A stretch of DNA of 64,000 nucleotides from Bacilli bacterium (lineage in GTDB: Bacteria; Bacillota_I; Bacilli_A; RF39; UBA660): contig JAFRZY010000004.1 in assembly GCA_017442305.1 (NCBI GenBank), positions 24,590 through 88,589 of the forward strand, in the 5' to 3' direction. Positions 17,790 to 27,753 of the stretch are shown piece after piece. The notes beneath the pieces are model-generated. The model worked only from the letters and a program-made list of their open reading frames with translations, was not told the origin of the DNA and searched no databases. Positions within the stretch are counted from its first letter, which is position 1; each line of letters begins with the position of its first letter. A program made the position numbers and the translations under genes.

Positions 17790-19295
17790 ATGAAGAAAAT
17801 ATTAACGGTTATATTAGATGGATTTGGATACAGGGAAGAAGAACATGGTAATGCTATTAAAATGGCTCAGATGGATAACTTTAATAAACTATGGGAAGAG
17901 TTTCCTCATACTACATTATTTGCATCAGAAGAACCGATTGGTCTAAAAGAAGGACAGTTTGGTAATAGCGAAATAGGCCATATGACAATCGGTGCTGGGC
18001 ATATAGTAAAAAATAATAATGCGTTGGTTGATAATTTTATAGAAAACGAATTAGCGGATAATGATCAATTTTTAAATTTAATAAAAGAATATCAAGAAAG
18101 TCCTCATAATATCCACATAATGGGTATGGCTAGCGATAAGGATGTTCACTCAAATATTCAACACATGCTTTCTGTATTTAAACTTTTAAAGGAAAACAAT
18201 GTTAAAGACATATATTTTCATTTAATAACAGACGGCAGAGATACGGCGGTAGATGTATCATATGATTATATAAAAATGATAGAAGATAAAATCAAGGAAT
18301 ACGGTATAGGTTCCATTGCGACAGTGTGTGGCAGATATTACGCCATGGATCGCGATAAAAAATGGGATAGAACAAAACAATATTACGATTTAATAACAAG
18401 AGGAATAGGAATATCTTCAGTAGATATTAAAAAGAGTATTGAAAATAGTTACAAAAGAAAAATAACTGATGAGTTTATTAATCCGGTTATTTTAAATAAT
18501 AATGGTTTAATTAAAAATGGTGATACTTTAATATGGACAAATTTTAGATCTGATCGAGCAAGACAAATTTTAACGAGTATAACAGATCAAAATTTTGCAG
18601 AGTTTGCGACTTATAAAATGCCTGATTTAAAAGTGTATTGTTTTTTGCCAGTCGATAAACATATCAAAGTAATTAATTTTATGAAAGAAGAAAGCGTAGA
18701 AAATCCTTTGGGAATATATTTGTCTCAATTAGGATTAACTCAAGCTAGAATCGCAGAAACCGAAAAATATGCTCATGTTACATATTTCTTTGATGGTATG
18801 TATGAGGGAAAAATTGATAAATGTGATAAATTTTTATTGCCATCGCCAAAAGTTGCTACATATGATTTAGAACCACAAATGAGCGCAATTGAAGTCACTA
18901 AAAAGGTTATTGCCTGTATGGAAAAAGATTATGATTTTATTTTAGTGAACTTTGCTAATCCGGATATGGTTGGTCATACTGGTAACTTAGAAGCAGCGGT
19001 TAAGGCATGTATCAGTGTGGATATATGCTTAGGAAAGTTAATGGAAGTAGCTGAAGAAAATTTTTATAAAGTAATTGTCCTTTCTGATCACGGAAATATT
19101 GATACAATGCTTGATGAAAATAACAATCCTGTTACTACCCATACTTTGGAAAAAGTTCCATTTATTATAACTGATAAACATATAGAGTTAAAAAAGAGCG
19201 GAGATATTACTCAAGTGGCTCCAACTATATTAGATTATATGGATATTGCAACGCCAAAAGAAATGGCTGAAACAGAAAGTTTAATAATTAAATAA
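17790..19295 (+). CDS. gpmI: 2,3-bisphosphoglycerate-independent phosphoglycerate mutase
   Basis: ILDGFG, GNSEIGHMTIGAG, TDGRD and NPDMVGHTG motifs. The ATG at 17790 follows AAAGGTGA. Confidence 0.95.
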   Translation: MKKILTVILDGFGYREEEHGNAIKMAQMDNFNKLWEEFPHTTLFASEEPIGLKEGQFGNSEIGHMTIGAGHIVKNNNALVDNFIENELADNDQFLNLIKEYQESPHNIHIMGMASDKDVHSNIQHMLSVFKLLKENNVKDIYFHLITDGRDTAVDVSYDYIKMIEDKIKEYGIGSIATVCGRYYAMDRDKKWDRTKQYYDLITRGIGISSVDIKKSIENSYKRKITDEFINPVILNNNGLIKNGDTLIWTNFRSDRARQILTSITDQNFAEFATYKMPDLKVYCFLPVDKHIKVINFMKEESVENPLGIYLSQLGLTQARIAETEKYAHVTYFFDGMYEGKIDKCDKFLLPSPKVATYDLEPQMSAIEVTKKVIACMEKDYDFILVNFANPDMVGHTGNLEAAVKACISVDICLGKLMEVAEENFYKVIVLSDHGNIDTMLDENNNPVTTHTLEKVPFIITDKHIELKKSGDITQVAPTILDYMDIATPKEMAETESLIIK

Positions 19296-19321
19296 CTATT
19301 GTTATAAACAATAGTTTTTTT
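19294..19321 (+). terminator. rho-independent terminator after gpmI
   Basis: AACTATTGTT-ata-AACAATAGTT followed by TTTTTT; it overlaps the stop codon. Confidence 0.75.
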
Positions 19322-19350
19322 GTGATATAATTTTAAGGGAGGATGTTAGT

Positions 19351-20745
19351 ATGTATGATGTTGTAATAGTTGGAGCAGGTCCAGCCGGGTTATTTGCTGC
19401 TTATGAGCTAATAGAAAATAATAAGAATTTAAAAGTATTGTTATTGGATCAAGGAAAATTTGCCAAAAATAGAGTTTGTCCAATGAATAAAAAGCATATT
19501 CCATGTGTTAATTGTAAGCCGTGTAATATTATGGCAGGTTATGGTGGTGCAGGAACTTTTTCGGATGGAAAATTAAATTTTGTTCCCAAATTAGGGAAGT
19601 CTGATTTGTTTAAATATATGAGTGAAGAAGATGCAAATAATTTAATAGATGATACTGAAGTGATTTTCAATAAATTTAATATGGATAGTAAAGTGTATCC
19701 TAGTAATATGGATGAGGCGTTAGAAATAAAGAAAAAAGTGGCACTATCTGGAGCAAGATTAATGTTAATAAAACAAAAACACTTAGGATCAGACAAACTT
19801 CCTTCTTATATAGAGAATTTTACAGAGTACTTAAAACAACATGGTGTAGAAGTTTTAGAAAATGCCGAAGTTTTAGATATTCATTCTTTAGAAAAAGATA
19901 ATCACGAAGTTAAATACAATTTAAATCAAAAAGAAACGGCTGTTACCGCTAAGAATGTTATAGTAGCTCCGGGCAGAACGGGTGCTAAATGGATTCAAGA
20001 ATTGGCAGATAAATATAAAATTCCTTATACTTCTCAAAGTATTGAAATTGGTGTTAGAGTAGAAGTGAGAAGGGAAATATTAGAAGATATAACAAAAGTA
20101 ATATATGATCCAACTATATTTATAAAAACTGATACATATAATGATGAAATTAGAACATTCTGTACTAATCCTGGCGGATTTGTAGCAAAAGAAAATTACT
20201 ATGGTTATATTTGCGTTAATGGTCACGCTTTAAAAGACAAGAAGTCAAATAACTCAAATTTTGCATTCATCAGTAAAGTGACGTTAACGGAACCTGTTAC
20301 TAATACAAGACAATATGGTGAGTCCATTGCCAGAATAGCTAATGTGTTAGGGGATGGGAAACCTATTATTCAAACTCTTAAGGATTTAAAAAGCGGCAGA
20401 CGTAGTGAATGGCATCGCATAAATAAAGGTTTTATTACACCAACCCTTAGTGATTGTGTAGCTGGAGATTTAGCGCTTGTATTACCGCACCGAATAATTA
20501 CTAATATCTTAGAAGGGTTAGAGAAATTAGATCAAATTATTCCAGGTGTTAATAATGATGAAACGTTATTGTATGGCCCTGAGATAAAATTTTTTAGTAA
20601 CGAAATTACAACCAATGATAAATTTAAATTAGAAGATTATGATATATATTTTATTGGTGATGGAGCCGGAAAAGCTGGAAATATAGTAACAGCGGCCGCA
20701 ACTGGTTTAGTCGCAGCTAGAGATATTATAAAAAAATTGAAATAA
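19351..20745 (+). CDS. FAD-dependent oxidoreductase (COG2509-like uncharacterised dehydrogenase)
   Basis: N-terminal VVIVGAGPAGLFAA dinucleotide-binding motif and a C-terminal GDGAG motif; 464 aa. Confidence 0.7.
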   Translation: MYDVVIVGAGPAGLFAAYELIENNKNLKVLLLDQGKFAKNRVCPMNKKHIPCVNCKPCNIMAGYGGAGTFSDGKLNFVPKLGKSDLFKYMSEEDANNLIDDTEVIFNKFNMDSKVYPSNMDEALEIKKKVALSGARLMLIKQKHLGSDKLPSYIENFTEYLKQHGVEVLENAEVLDIHSLEKDNHEVKYNLNQKETAVTAKNVIVAPGRTGAKWIQELADKYKIPYTSQSIEIGVRVEVRREILEDITKVIYDPTIFIKTDTYNDEIRTFCTNPGGFVAKENYYGYICVNGHALKDKKSNNSNFAFISKVTLTEPVTNTRQYGESIARIANVLGDGKPIIQTLKDLKSGRRSEWHRINKGFITPTLSDCVAGDLALVLPHRIITNILEGLEKLDQIIPGVNNDETLLYGPEIKFFSNEITTNDKFKLEDYDIYFIGDGAGKAGNIVTAAATGLVAARDIIKKLK

Positions 20746-20788
20746 TTTTATGTAATGTGATAAAATTAATGTAGAAAGAAAGGGTATT

Positions 20789-20995
20789 ATGGATAAAAAA
20801 GTAAAGAATGAAGTTGTAAAGCTTGATATTATGTTACCTTATGGTGTTGCTATTGGGGCTTTGTTAGGAATACTAATAGCGTTTGCTAATAACAATGTTG
20901 CATTTTTGGTATATGGCATAATTATCGGATTATTTACTGGAGTTGGAATAGCTAGTTATTTATATCGCAAAAGTAATCAAAATAAGAAAAAATAA
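20789..20995 (+). CDS. small two-TM membrane protein, unknown function
   Basis: 68 aa with two hydrophobic helices and RBS AAAGAAAGGG. No motif recognised. Confidence 0.4.
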   Translation: MDKKVKNEVVKLDIMLPYGVAIGALLGILIAFANNNVAFLVYGIIIGLFTGVGIASYLYRKSNQNKKK

Positions 20996-21021
20996 TATCT
21001 TCAAGAGATATTATTTTTTTA
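20991..21021 (+). terminator. rho-independent terminator
   Basis: AATAATATCT-tcaag-AGATATTATT followed by a T-run. Confidence 0.6.
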
Positions 21022-21056
21022 TGGAATAATACAAGAAAAAAAGTTCTAATTTATGC

Positions 21057-21085
21057 TTGATTTTCATAAATATTATTGATATAAT
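21057..21085 (+). promoter_or_regulatory. sigma-A type promoter of the S10 operon
   Basis: TTGATT (-35), a 17-nt spacer and the extended -10 TGATATAAT (TATAAT at 21080-21085). Confidence 0.6.
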
Positions 21086-21089
21086 TGAT

Positions 21090-21218
21090 TACGTATGACT
21101 GCTGAGATGTGCGAGGTTGCTGATACACTAGGAAGAGTTGTTAAACATCTTTCGGGAATCAGGTAATTCGTAACGGAGCAAGTCTATACTAGATATAGGC
21201 GAAAGGAGGACATGCAAA
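21090..21218 (+). promoter_or_regulatory. 5' leader of about 130 nt upstream of rpsJ with hairpin potential (unclassified)
   Basis: It is relatively GC-richer than its surroundings. Possible pairings are AGATGT(21105-10)/ACATCT(21145-50), TTACG(21089-93)/CGTAA(21169-73) and CTATA(21183-87)/TATAG(21193-97), the last just upstream of the RBS. Confidence 0.35.
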
Positions 21219-21530
21219 ATGTCACAAACAAGTAAAGTTCGTATTAATTTAAAGGCGTATGACCACAGATTATTAGATTTAGCTGCTGGTAAAATCGTTG
21301 AAACAGTTAAGAGAACTGGTGGGGAAGTTTCTGGTCCAGTACCTCTTCCTACTGAAATACAAAAGTATACAGTATTAAGAGCCGTACACAAATACAAAGA
21401 TGCTAGAGAGCAATTTGAAATGCGTACACACAAAAGACTTATAGATATTAAAAACCCATCTAAAGAAACAGTTGATGCATTAACACACTTAGATATTCCA
21501 AGTGGAGTTGAAATCGACATCAAATTATAA
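21219..21530 (+). CDS. rpsJ: 30S ribosomal protein S10
   Basis: [13 protein letters not shown]...[32 protein letters not shown]. Confidence 0.98.
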   Translation: MSQTSKVRINLKAYDHRLLDLAAGKIVETVKRTGGEVSGPVPLPTEIQKYTVLRAVHKYKDAREQFEMRTHKRLIDIKNPSKETVDALTHLDIPSGVEIDIKL

Positions 21531-21556
21531 TTTGAAGAAAAGGAAAGGAAAAAGTT

Positions 21557-22321
21557 ATGAAAGGAATCTTAGGACGCAAAGTTGGAATGACACAAGTATT
21601 TACTAAAGAAGGTAAATTAATTCCTGTTACAGTTGTTGAAGTTGAACCAAATGTAGTAATGCAAGTTAAAACTTTAGAAACTGATGGATATAGTGCTGTT
21701 CAATTAGGCGTATTCGACAAAAAAGAAAAAAACAGCAGCAAACCAGCTGTTGGACATGCTAAAAAAGCAAACACTACTCCTAAGCGCTTCTTAAAAGAAA
21801 TAAGAGACGTTGATGCTTCTTATAATTTAGGAGACAAAATTGGAGCAGACGTATTTGAAGTTGGAGACATCGTTGATGTTACAGGAACTTCTAAAGGTAA
21901 AGGTTTTGAAGGTACAATTAAGAGACATAACCAATCTCGTGGACCTATGACTCACGGATCTCGTTATCATAGAGGACCTGGTTCATTAGGAACAATGTTA
22001 CCAAAAAGAGTTTTGAAAGGTAAAAATCTTCCAGGACATATGGGTAGTGAAACAATCACTATTCAAAATCTAGAAATTATTGAAGTAAATGCTACTGAAA
22101 ATTATATTCTAGTAAGTGGGAATATTCCAGGACCAAAAAAATCATTAGTTTTAATTAAATCAGCAATTAAGAATTCTCGTAAAAAGAATCCAAAAGAAAT
22201 TATCACTTATGTTGAAGAAACAGTTGTTGATGAAGTAGTAGAAGAAACTGCAACAGAAGAAGTTGTTGAAGAAGTAGAAACTACTACTGAAGCTAATGAA
22301 ACTGAAGGAGCAACTGAGTAA
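21557..22321 (+). CDS. rplC: 50S ribosomal protein L3 with acidic C-terminal extension
   Basis: [14 protein letters not shown]...[12 protein letters not shown] core. The protein is 254 aa because of a tail of about 45 aa rich in E, V and T. Confidence 0.97.
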   Translation: MKGILGRKVGMTQVFTKEGKLIPVTVVEVEPNVVMQVKTLETDGYSAVQLGVFDKKEKNSSKPAVGHAKKANTTPKRFLKEIRDVDASYNLGDKIGADVFEVGDIVDVTGTSKGKGFEGTIKRHNQSRGPMTHGSRYHRGPGSLGTMLPKRVLKGKNLPGHMGSETITIQNLEIIEVNATENYILVSGNIPGPKKSLVLIKSAIKNSRKKNPKEIITYVEETVVDEVVEETATEEVVEEVETTTEANETEGATE

Positions 22322-22347
22322 GTTACTCTAGAAAGGTAGATTAGAAA

Positions 22348-22971
22348 ATGACTAAAATAAGTGTTAAGAATATTAAAAATGAAAAAGTTAAAGATTTAAC
22401 TTTAAATGATAACATTTGGAATATTGAAATTAATGATGATGCTCTATTAAAAGCTGTTAAATTACAACTTGCAGCTACACGTCAAGGAACTCATAAAACA
22501 AAAACTCGTTCTGAAGTTTCAGGAGGAGGAAGAAAACCTTGGAAACAAAAAGGAACTGGTAGAGCAAGACAAGGGTCAATCCGTGCTACTCAATGGCGTG
22601 GAGGTGGAATCGCATTTGGAGTTACTCCAAGAGATTACACTTTTAAAATGAATAAGAAAGAAAGAGTTTTAGCTCTTAAAACTGCTTTAACCGAAAAAGT
22701 TCAAGCTAAAGAACTTATCGTTTTAGATAATATTGAATTAGCTACATTAAAAACTAAAGATGTTAAAGCATTATTAAATACTTTAGACTTAGCTGGAAAA
22801 GTATTATTCGTAACAAGCGAAGACAGTGAAAACTTATATATGGCAACTCGTAATTTGGGTTATGCTTATGTAATCTTAGCAAACGAAATTAATTGCTTTG
22901 ATTTAGTTAATGCTGACTATGTGATTTGTGACGAAGGCGCAGTTAAATATATTGAGGAGGTGCTAGGATAA
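22348..22971 (+). CDS. rplD: 50S ribosomal protein L4
   Basis: SGGGRKPWKQKGTGRARQGSIRATQWRGGG. Confidence 0.97.
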   Translation: MTKISVKNIKNEKVKDLTLNDNIWNIEINDDALLKAVKLQLAATRQGTHKTKTRSEVSGGGRKPWKQKGTGRARQGSIRATQWRGGGIAFGVTPRDYTFKMNKKERVLALKTALTEKVQAKELIVLDNIELATLKTKDVKALLNTLDLAGKVLFVTSEDSENLYMATRNLGYAYVILANEINCFDLVNADYVICDEGAVKYIEEVLG

Positions 22972-23249
22972 TGATAAAAGATTATACTGATATTATTATT
23001 GCACCAGTAATTACTGAAAAATCAGCAATGAATGCTGAAAAAAATATTTTTACTTTTAAAGTTGCAAAAACAGCTACTAAAACAGAAATTAAATGGGCAA
23101 TTGAAAAAGCATTTAATGTTAATGTTGTAAAAGTAAATACTCTAAATACTAAACCAAAAGACAAAAGAGTTGGTAAGTATACAGGAAAAACAAAAACTTA
23201 TAAAAAGGCAATTATCACATTAGCTGAAGGCCAAACAATAGAAATATAG
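22971..23249 (+). CDS. rplW: 50S ribosomal protein L23
   Basis: IIAPVITEKS...FKVAKTATKTEIK..EKAFNVNV..VNT. Confidence 0.95.
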   Translation: MIKDYTDIIIAPVITEKSAMNAEKNIFTFKVAKTATKTEIKWAIEKAFNVNVVKVNTLNTKPKDKRVGKYTGKTKTYKKAIITLAEGQTIEI

Positions 23250-23264
23250 TAAGGAGTGAGATTT

Positions 23265-24095
23265 ATGGCAATTAAGAAATATAAACCAACAACTAACGGA
23301 CGTCGTGGTATGTCTACATTAGTTAATGAAGAAATTACTACATCAACTCCTACTAAATCACTTTTGAAATCTGCTAGTAAAACTGGTGGAAGAAATAATC
23401 AAGGTAAAATGACTGTAAGACACATCGGTGGTGGAGCAAAAAGAAAATACAGAATTATTGATTATAAGAGAAATAAAGTTGGAGTTACAGCTCGTGTAGC
23501 AACAATTGAATATGATCCAAACAGAAGTGCTAATATTGCTTTATTAAACTATAAAGATGGTGAAAAAAGATATATTATCGCTCCTAAAGGATTAGAAGTT
23601 GGAATGATTATTGAAAATGGTGAAAATGCTGATATCAAAGTTGGTAACGCATTACCACTTATGAACATTCCAGTAGGTACAGTTGTACACTGTATCGAAC
23701 TTAAACCAGGAAAAGGCGCTGAAATTTGTCGTAGTGCTGGAGCAAGTGCTCAAATTCTTGGTAGAGAAGGCAAATATGTTATGTTAAGACTTCAATCTGG
23801 TGAAACTAGAAAAGTTTTAGGAACATGTATGGCTACAATCGGAGTAGTTGGAAATGAAGATTACTCTTTAGTAAATATTGGTAAAGCTGGACGTTCTCGT
23901 CATATGGGTATTCGTCCAACAAACCGTGGTTCTGTTATGAACCCTAATGACCATCCACATGGTGGTGGTGAAGGTAGAGCTCCAATCGGACGTAAGAGTC
24001 CAATGACACCTTGGGGTAAACCTGCTCTTGGATATAAAACTAGAAAAAACAAAAAAGCTTCTGACAAACTAATTGTTAGTAGGAAGAAAAAATAA
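23265..24095 (+). CDS. rplB: 50S ribosomal protein L2
   Basis: [14 protein letters not shown]...GGGAKRKYR...[13 protein letters not shown]. The ATG at 23265 follows AAGGAG. Confidence 0.98.
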   Translation: MAIKKYKPTTNGRRGMSTLVNEEITTSTPTKSLLKSASKTGGRNNQGKMTVRHIGGGAKRKYRIIDYKRNKVGVTARVATIEYDPNRSANIALLNYKDGEKRYIIAPKGLEVGMIIENGENADIKVGNALPLMNIPVGTVVHCIELKPGKGAEICRSAGASAQILGREGKYVMLRLQSGETRKVLGTCMATIGVVGNEDYSLVNIGKAGRSRHMGIRPTNRGSVMNPNDHPHGGGEGRAPIGRKSPMTPWGKPALGYKTRKNKKASDKLIVSRKKK

Positions 24096-24107
24096 TAGGA
24101 GGTTATT

Positions 24108-24371
24108 ATGGCAAGAAGTTTAAAAAAGGGACCTTATGTATTTGAAAGATTACTTAAAAAGGTTCAAACATTAAATGAAACAAATAAAAAAGAAGTTGTA
24201 AAAACTTGGTCAAGACGTTCAACAATTTATCCTGATTTTGTAGGACATACAATTGCTGTACATAACGGAAAAGAATTTATTCCAGTTTATGTAACTGAAG
24301 ATATGGTTGGACATAAACTTGGTGAGTTCGCTGCTACTCGTAAATTCGGCGGACATGCAGGACAAAAGTAG
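24108..24371 (+). CDS. rpsS: 30S ribosomal protein S19
   Basis: [10 protein letters not shown]...[30 protein letters not shown]. Confidence 0.98.
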   Translation: MARSLKKGPYVFERLLKKVQTLNETNKKEVVKTWSRRSTIYPDFVGHTIAVHNGKEFIPVYVTEDMVGHKLGEFAATRKFGGHAGQK

Positions 24372-24382
24372 GAGGTATTTAA

Positions 24383-24736
24383 ATGGAAGCATATGCAATA
24401 CATAAAAGTGCTATGATCGCACCTCGTAAAGCACGTATGACTCTTGATTTAGTAAGAGGAAAAGACGTGGCTACTGCTGAAGGAATCTTAGATACAACTA
24501 ACACTAAAGCTAGTCGTTTAATTAAAAAAGTATTAAAATCAGCAGTTGCGAATGCCGTTAATAACGAAGGAGCTAAAGAAGAAAATCTAGTTATATCTGA
24601 ATGTTTTATCAATCCAGGACCTGTATATAAAAGAATTAAATTTGCATCTCGTGGAAATGTTGATAGAAGAGATAAAAGAACAAGTCATATTACTATTAAA
24701 GTAAGTGATAATTTAACAAATAAGGAAGGAGCATAA
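24383..24736 (+). CDS. rplV: 50S ribosomal protein L22
   Basis: Position in the operon plus APRKARMTLDLVRGK...KVLKSAVANA. Confidence 0.95.
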   Translation: MEAYAIHKSAMIAPRKARMTLDLVRGKDVATAEGILDTTNTKASRLIKKVLKSAVANAVNNEGAKEENLVISECFINPGPVYKRIKFASRGNVDRRDKRTSHITIKVSDNLTNKEGA

Positions 24737-24739
24737 TTT

Positions 24740-25420
24740 ATGGGACAAAAAGTTAATCCAATAGGTTTTAGACTTGGAGTTAATAAAGACTGGGAATCAA
24801 AATGGTATTCTAAAGAAAACTATGCTGATAATCTAAACAAAGATATCAAAATTAGAGAATTCTTAAAGAAAACATTAAAAGATGCTAGTATTGCTTCAGT
24901 ACTTATTGAAAGAAAGAAAAATCGTTGTGATATCACTATTAACAGTGCTCGTCCAGGTGTAATCATCGGACGTGGTGGTGAAGATATCGAAAAATTAAGA
25001 AAAAGTATTCAAAAATTAGTTAATGAAGATGTTTATGTAAACATTGTTGAAGTTAAAAACGCTGATTTAAACGCTCAATTAGTTGCTGATCAAATCGCTG
25101 CACAAATTGAAAATCGTGCACCATTTAGAAGCGCTCAAAAAAGAGCTATTAGAAATACTATGAAAGCAGGAGCAAAAGGAATCAAAACTTTAGTATCTGG
25201 TCGTTTAGGTGGAGCTGAAATGGCTCGTAGCGAAGGATATACAGAAGGTACTGTTCCTCTACATACAATTAGAGCTGATGTCGATTACGCTACAAGTGAA
25301 GCTGATACAACATACGGAAAAATTGGTGTAAAAGTATGGATTTACAAAAATGAAATACTTCCTGCAAAGAAGAGCATGAAGGGAGCTGAATCAAATGCCA
25401 CTAATGCCAAAAAGAACTAA
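24740..25420 (+). CDS. rpsC: 30S ribosomal protein S3
   Basis: [13 protein letters not shown]...[17 protein letters not shown]...[11 protein letters not shown]. Confidence 0.98.
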   Translation: MGQKVNPIGFRLGVNKDWESKWYSKENYADNLNKDIKIREFLKKTLKDASIASVLIERKKNRCDITINSARPGVIIGRGGEDIEKLRKSIQKLVNEDVYVNIVEVKNADLNAQLVADQIAAQIENRAPFRSAQKRAIRNTMKAGAKGIKTLVSGRLGGAEMARSEGYTEGTVPLHTIRADVDYATSEADTTYGKIGVKVWIYKNEILPAKKSMKGAESNATNAKKN

Positions 25421-25832
25421 ATATCGTAAACCTCATAGACTAACTTATGATGGTCATGCAAGAGGAAATACTGAATTACATTTTGGTGATTATGGACTAC
25501 AAGCTAAAGAAGGAGCTTGGGTTACTGCTCGTCAAATAGAAGCTGCTCGTATCGCTATGACACGTTATATGAAACGTGGTGGTAAAGTATTTATTAATAT
25601 TTTCCCTCATTTAGCATTAACAAAAAAACCTTTAGAAACTCGTCAAGGTAAAGGTAAAGGTAACGTTGAAGAATACGTTGCAGTAGTAAAACAAGGCAAA
25701 ATTATGTTTGAAGTATCTGGTGTAACAGAAGAAATAGCTCGTGAAGCTTTAAGACTTGCTTCTCACAAGTTACCAATCAAATGTAGATTTGTAAAAAAAG
25801 AAGTAAAGGCTGGTGATTCTAATGAAAATTAA
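25395..25832 (+). CDS. rplP: 50S ribosomal protein L16
   Basis: [11 protein letters not shown]...[15 protein letters not shown]...TRQGKGKG. It overlaps the rpsC end. The start could instead be the ATG at 25404. Confidence 0.95.
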   Translation: MPLMPKRTKYRKPHRLTYDGHARGNTELHFGDYGLQAKEGAWVTARQIEAARIAMTRYMKRGGKVFINIFPHLALTKKPLETRQGKGKGNVEEYVAVVKQGKIMFEVSGVTEEIAREALRLASHKLPIKCRFVKKEVKAGDSNEN

Positions 25833-26037
25833 TGAATTAAGAAAATTATCAGACAAAGAATTACAAGATAAAGTAATCGAATCTAAAAGAGAATTATTCG
25901 ATTTAAGATTAAAACAATCAACTGGTTCTTTAGAAAAACCTTCAAAAATTAAAGAACTAAGAAAAGAAGTAGCTAGAATGAAAACTATTTTAAGAGAAAG
26001 AGAATTAGATGCTGGAGGTAATAACAATGGCAGATAG
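25822..26037 (+). CDS. rpmC: 50S ribosomal protein L29
   Basis: [30 protein letters not shown]. The ATG at 25822 lies inside the rplP end. Confidence 0.93.
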   Translation: MKINELRKLSDKELQDKVIESKRELFDLRLKQSTGSLEKPSKIKELRKEVARMKTILRERELDAGGNNNGR

Positions 26038-26287
26038 TAAAAAACAAGAACTAACTGGAAAAGTTGTTAGTGCAAAAAATGATAAAACCATTACAGTATT
26101 AGTAGAAACTTATAAAAAACATCCACTATATGGTAAAAGAGTTAAATACTCTAAAAAATATACAGCACATGATGAAAAAAATGTTGCTAAAGTTGGAGAT
26201 ACAGTAAAAATTAGAAGTACAAGACCATTATCTAAAACAAAAAGATATGAACTTGTTAGTGTTCTAATTGAAGCTGTTATTCTATAG
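26027..26287 (+). CDS. rpsQ: 30S ribosomal protein S17
   Basis: [39 protein letters not shown]. The ATG at 26027 follows GGAGGT. Confidence 0.95.
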   Translation: MADSKKQELTGKVVSAKNDKTITVLVETYKKHPLYGKRVKYSKKYTAHDEKNVAKVGDTVKIRSTRPLSKTKRYELVSVLIEAVIL

Positions 26288-26298
26288 GAGGTAATCTT

Positions 26299-26667
26299 AT
26301 GGTTCAACAAGAAACAAGATTAAAAGTTGCTGATAACACTGGTGCTAGAGAATTATTAGTTATTAAGTGTTTAGGTGGAAGTCATAGAAAAACTGCTAAT
26401 ATTGGTGATATCGTTATAGGTACTGTTAAAAAAGCTATTCCAAATAGTAACATGAAAAAAGGAAAAGTTGTTAAAGCTGTAATCGTTAGAAGTGTAGAAG
26501 GTGTTAGACGTGCTGATGGATCTTATATTAAATTCTCAGACAACGCTTGTGTTTTAATTAAAGAAGATAAAACACCTATCGGAACAAGAGTTTTAGGACC
26601 TGTTGCTAGAGAACTTCGTGAAAAAGATTTCATGAAGATCGTATCTTTAGCTCCAGAAGTTTTATAG
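26299..26667 (+). CDS. rplN: 50S ribosomal protein L14
   Basis: [26 protein letters not shown]...NACVLI. Confidence 0.98.
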   Translation: MVQQETRLKVADNTGARELLVIKCLGGSHRKTANIGDIVIGTVKKAIPNSNMKKGKVVKAVIVRSVEGVRRADGSYIKFSDNACVLIKEDKTPIGTRVLGPVARELREKDFMKIVSLAPEVL

Positions 26668-26678
26668 GAGGTTAATTT

Positions 26679-26990
26679 ATGAAAATTAAAGTTGGAGACA
26701 ACGTTAAAGTACTTGCTGGTAAAGATAAAGGCAAGGAAGGAAAAGTAATTAAAACATTAAAAAAGATAGATAAAGTTGTTGTAGAAGGTATTAACATCGT
26801 AAAAAAACATTCTAAACCAAATAACACAAACGATAAAGGCGGAATATTTGATATTGAAGCTCCAATTCATGTATCTAATGTTAAGAAAATAGAAGAAACA
26901 AAAAAAGCTACTAAAAAAGAAACAAAGAAAGAAACTGCAAGTGAAGAAAAAGCAACAAAGAAAACAACAACAAAGAAAGCAAGTAAGTAG
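26679..26990 (+). CDS. rplX: 50S ribosomal protein L24 with Lys-rich low-complexity C-terminus
   Basis: [22 protein letters not shown]...[12 protein letters not shown]...EAPIHVSNV, then a K/T/E-rich tail. Confidence 0.93.
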   Translation: MKIKVGDNVKVLAGKDKGKEGKVIKTLKKIDKVVVEGINIVKKHSKPNNTNDKGGIFDIEAPIHVSNVKKIEETKKATKKETKKETASEEKATKKTTTKKASK

Positions 26991-26998
26991 GTGAACAT

Positions 26999-27538
26999 AT
27001 GAGTAATTTTAAAAAATTATATAATGAAAAAATAGCTGATTCTTTAATGAAAGAATTTAACTATTCATCAAAAATGGAAGTTCCAAAACTTGAAAAAATA
27101 GTAATTAACATGGGTATCGGTGAAGGCTCAAAAGATTCAAAATTTATCGAAGCTGCAGCAAAAGATTTAGAAATTATTGCTGGACAAAAACCAGTTATTA
27201 CTAAAGCTCGTAAATCAATTGCAGGATTTAAATTAAGAGAAGGTCAATCAGTTGGTGTAAAAGTAACTTTAAGAGGAGAAAACATGTATGTATTCATGGA
27301 AAAACTTATTAAAGTTGCTCTACCTCGTGTAAGAGATTTTAGAGGAGTATCTAAAACAGCATTCGACGGAAAAGGAAATTATACTTTAGGACTTAAAGAA
27401 CATTTAATTTTCCCAGAAATAGATTATGATGCTGTATTAAAAGTTAGAGGTATGGACATTGTATTTGTTACTACAGCTAACACAAATAAAGAAGCAGAAA
27501 CATTATTAAGAGCATTTGGCATGCCTTTTAGAAATTAA
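26999..27538 (+). CDS. rplE: 50S ribosomal protein L5
   Basis: [15 protein letters not shown]...[20 protein letters not shown]...RDFRG. Confidence 0.98.
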   Translation: MSNFKKLYNEKIADSLMKEFNYSSKMEVPKLEKIVINMGIGEGSKDSKFIEAAAKDLEIIAGQKPVITKARKSIAGFKLREGQSVGVKVTLRGENMYVFMEKLIKVALPRVRDFRGVSKTAFDGKGNYTLGLKEHLIFPEIDYDAVLKVRGMDIVFVTTANTNKEAETLLRAFGMPFRN

Positions 27539-27550
27539 GGAGGAAAACGT

Positions 27551-27736
27551 ATGGCAAAGAAAAGTATGATTGTTAAAAATAATAGAACACCTAAATTTAG
27601 TTCTAGAGCATATACTCGTTGTGAAAGATGCGGTAGACCTCATGGTGTGCTAAGAAAATTTAAATTATGTCGTATTTGCTTTAGAGAATTAGCAAATAAG
27701 GGTCAAATCCCAGGCGTAAAGAAATCTAGTTGGTAG
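27551..27736 (+). CDS. rpsZ: 30S ribosomal protein S14, zinc-binding type Z (61 aa)
   Basis: CERCGRPHG...CRICFRE gives CxxC...CxxC; 61 aa. Confidence 0.97.
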   Translation: MAKKSMIVKNNRTPKFSSRAYTRCERCGRPHGVLRKFKLCRICFRELANKGQIPGVKKSSW

Positions 27737-27753
27737 GAAAGGAGGAATTTTTA

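Noticed and set aside
21128-21523. 131-aa ORF on the minus strand covering the rpsJ leader and gene
   Set aside because: It lies antisense to a textbook S10 gene, has no RBS and has a low-complexity, hydrophobic composition typical of shadow ORFs in AT-rich DNA.
22469-22651. 60-aa same-strand alternative-frame ORF inside rplD
   Set aside because: It lies entirely within the conserved L4 core in another frame, has no RBS, and its K/E/L-rich product is a by-product of codon composition.
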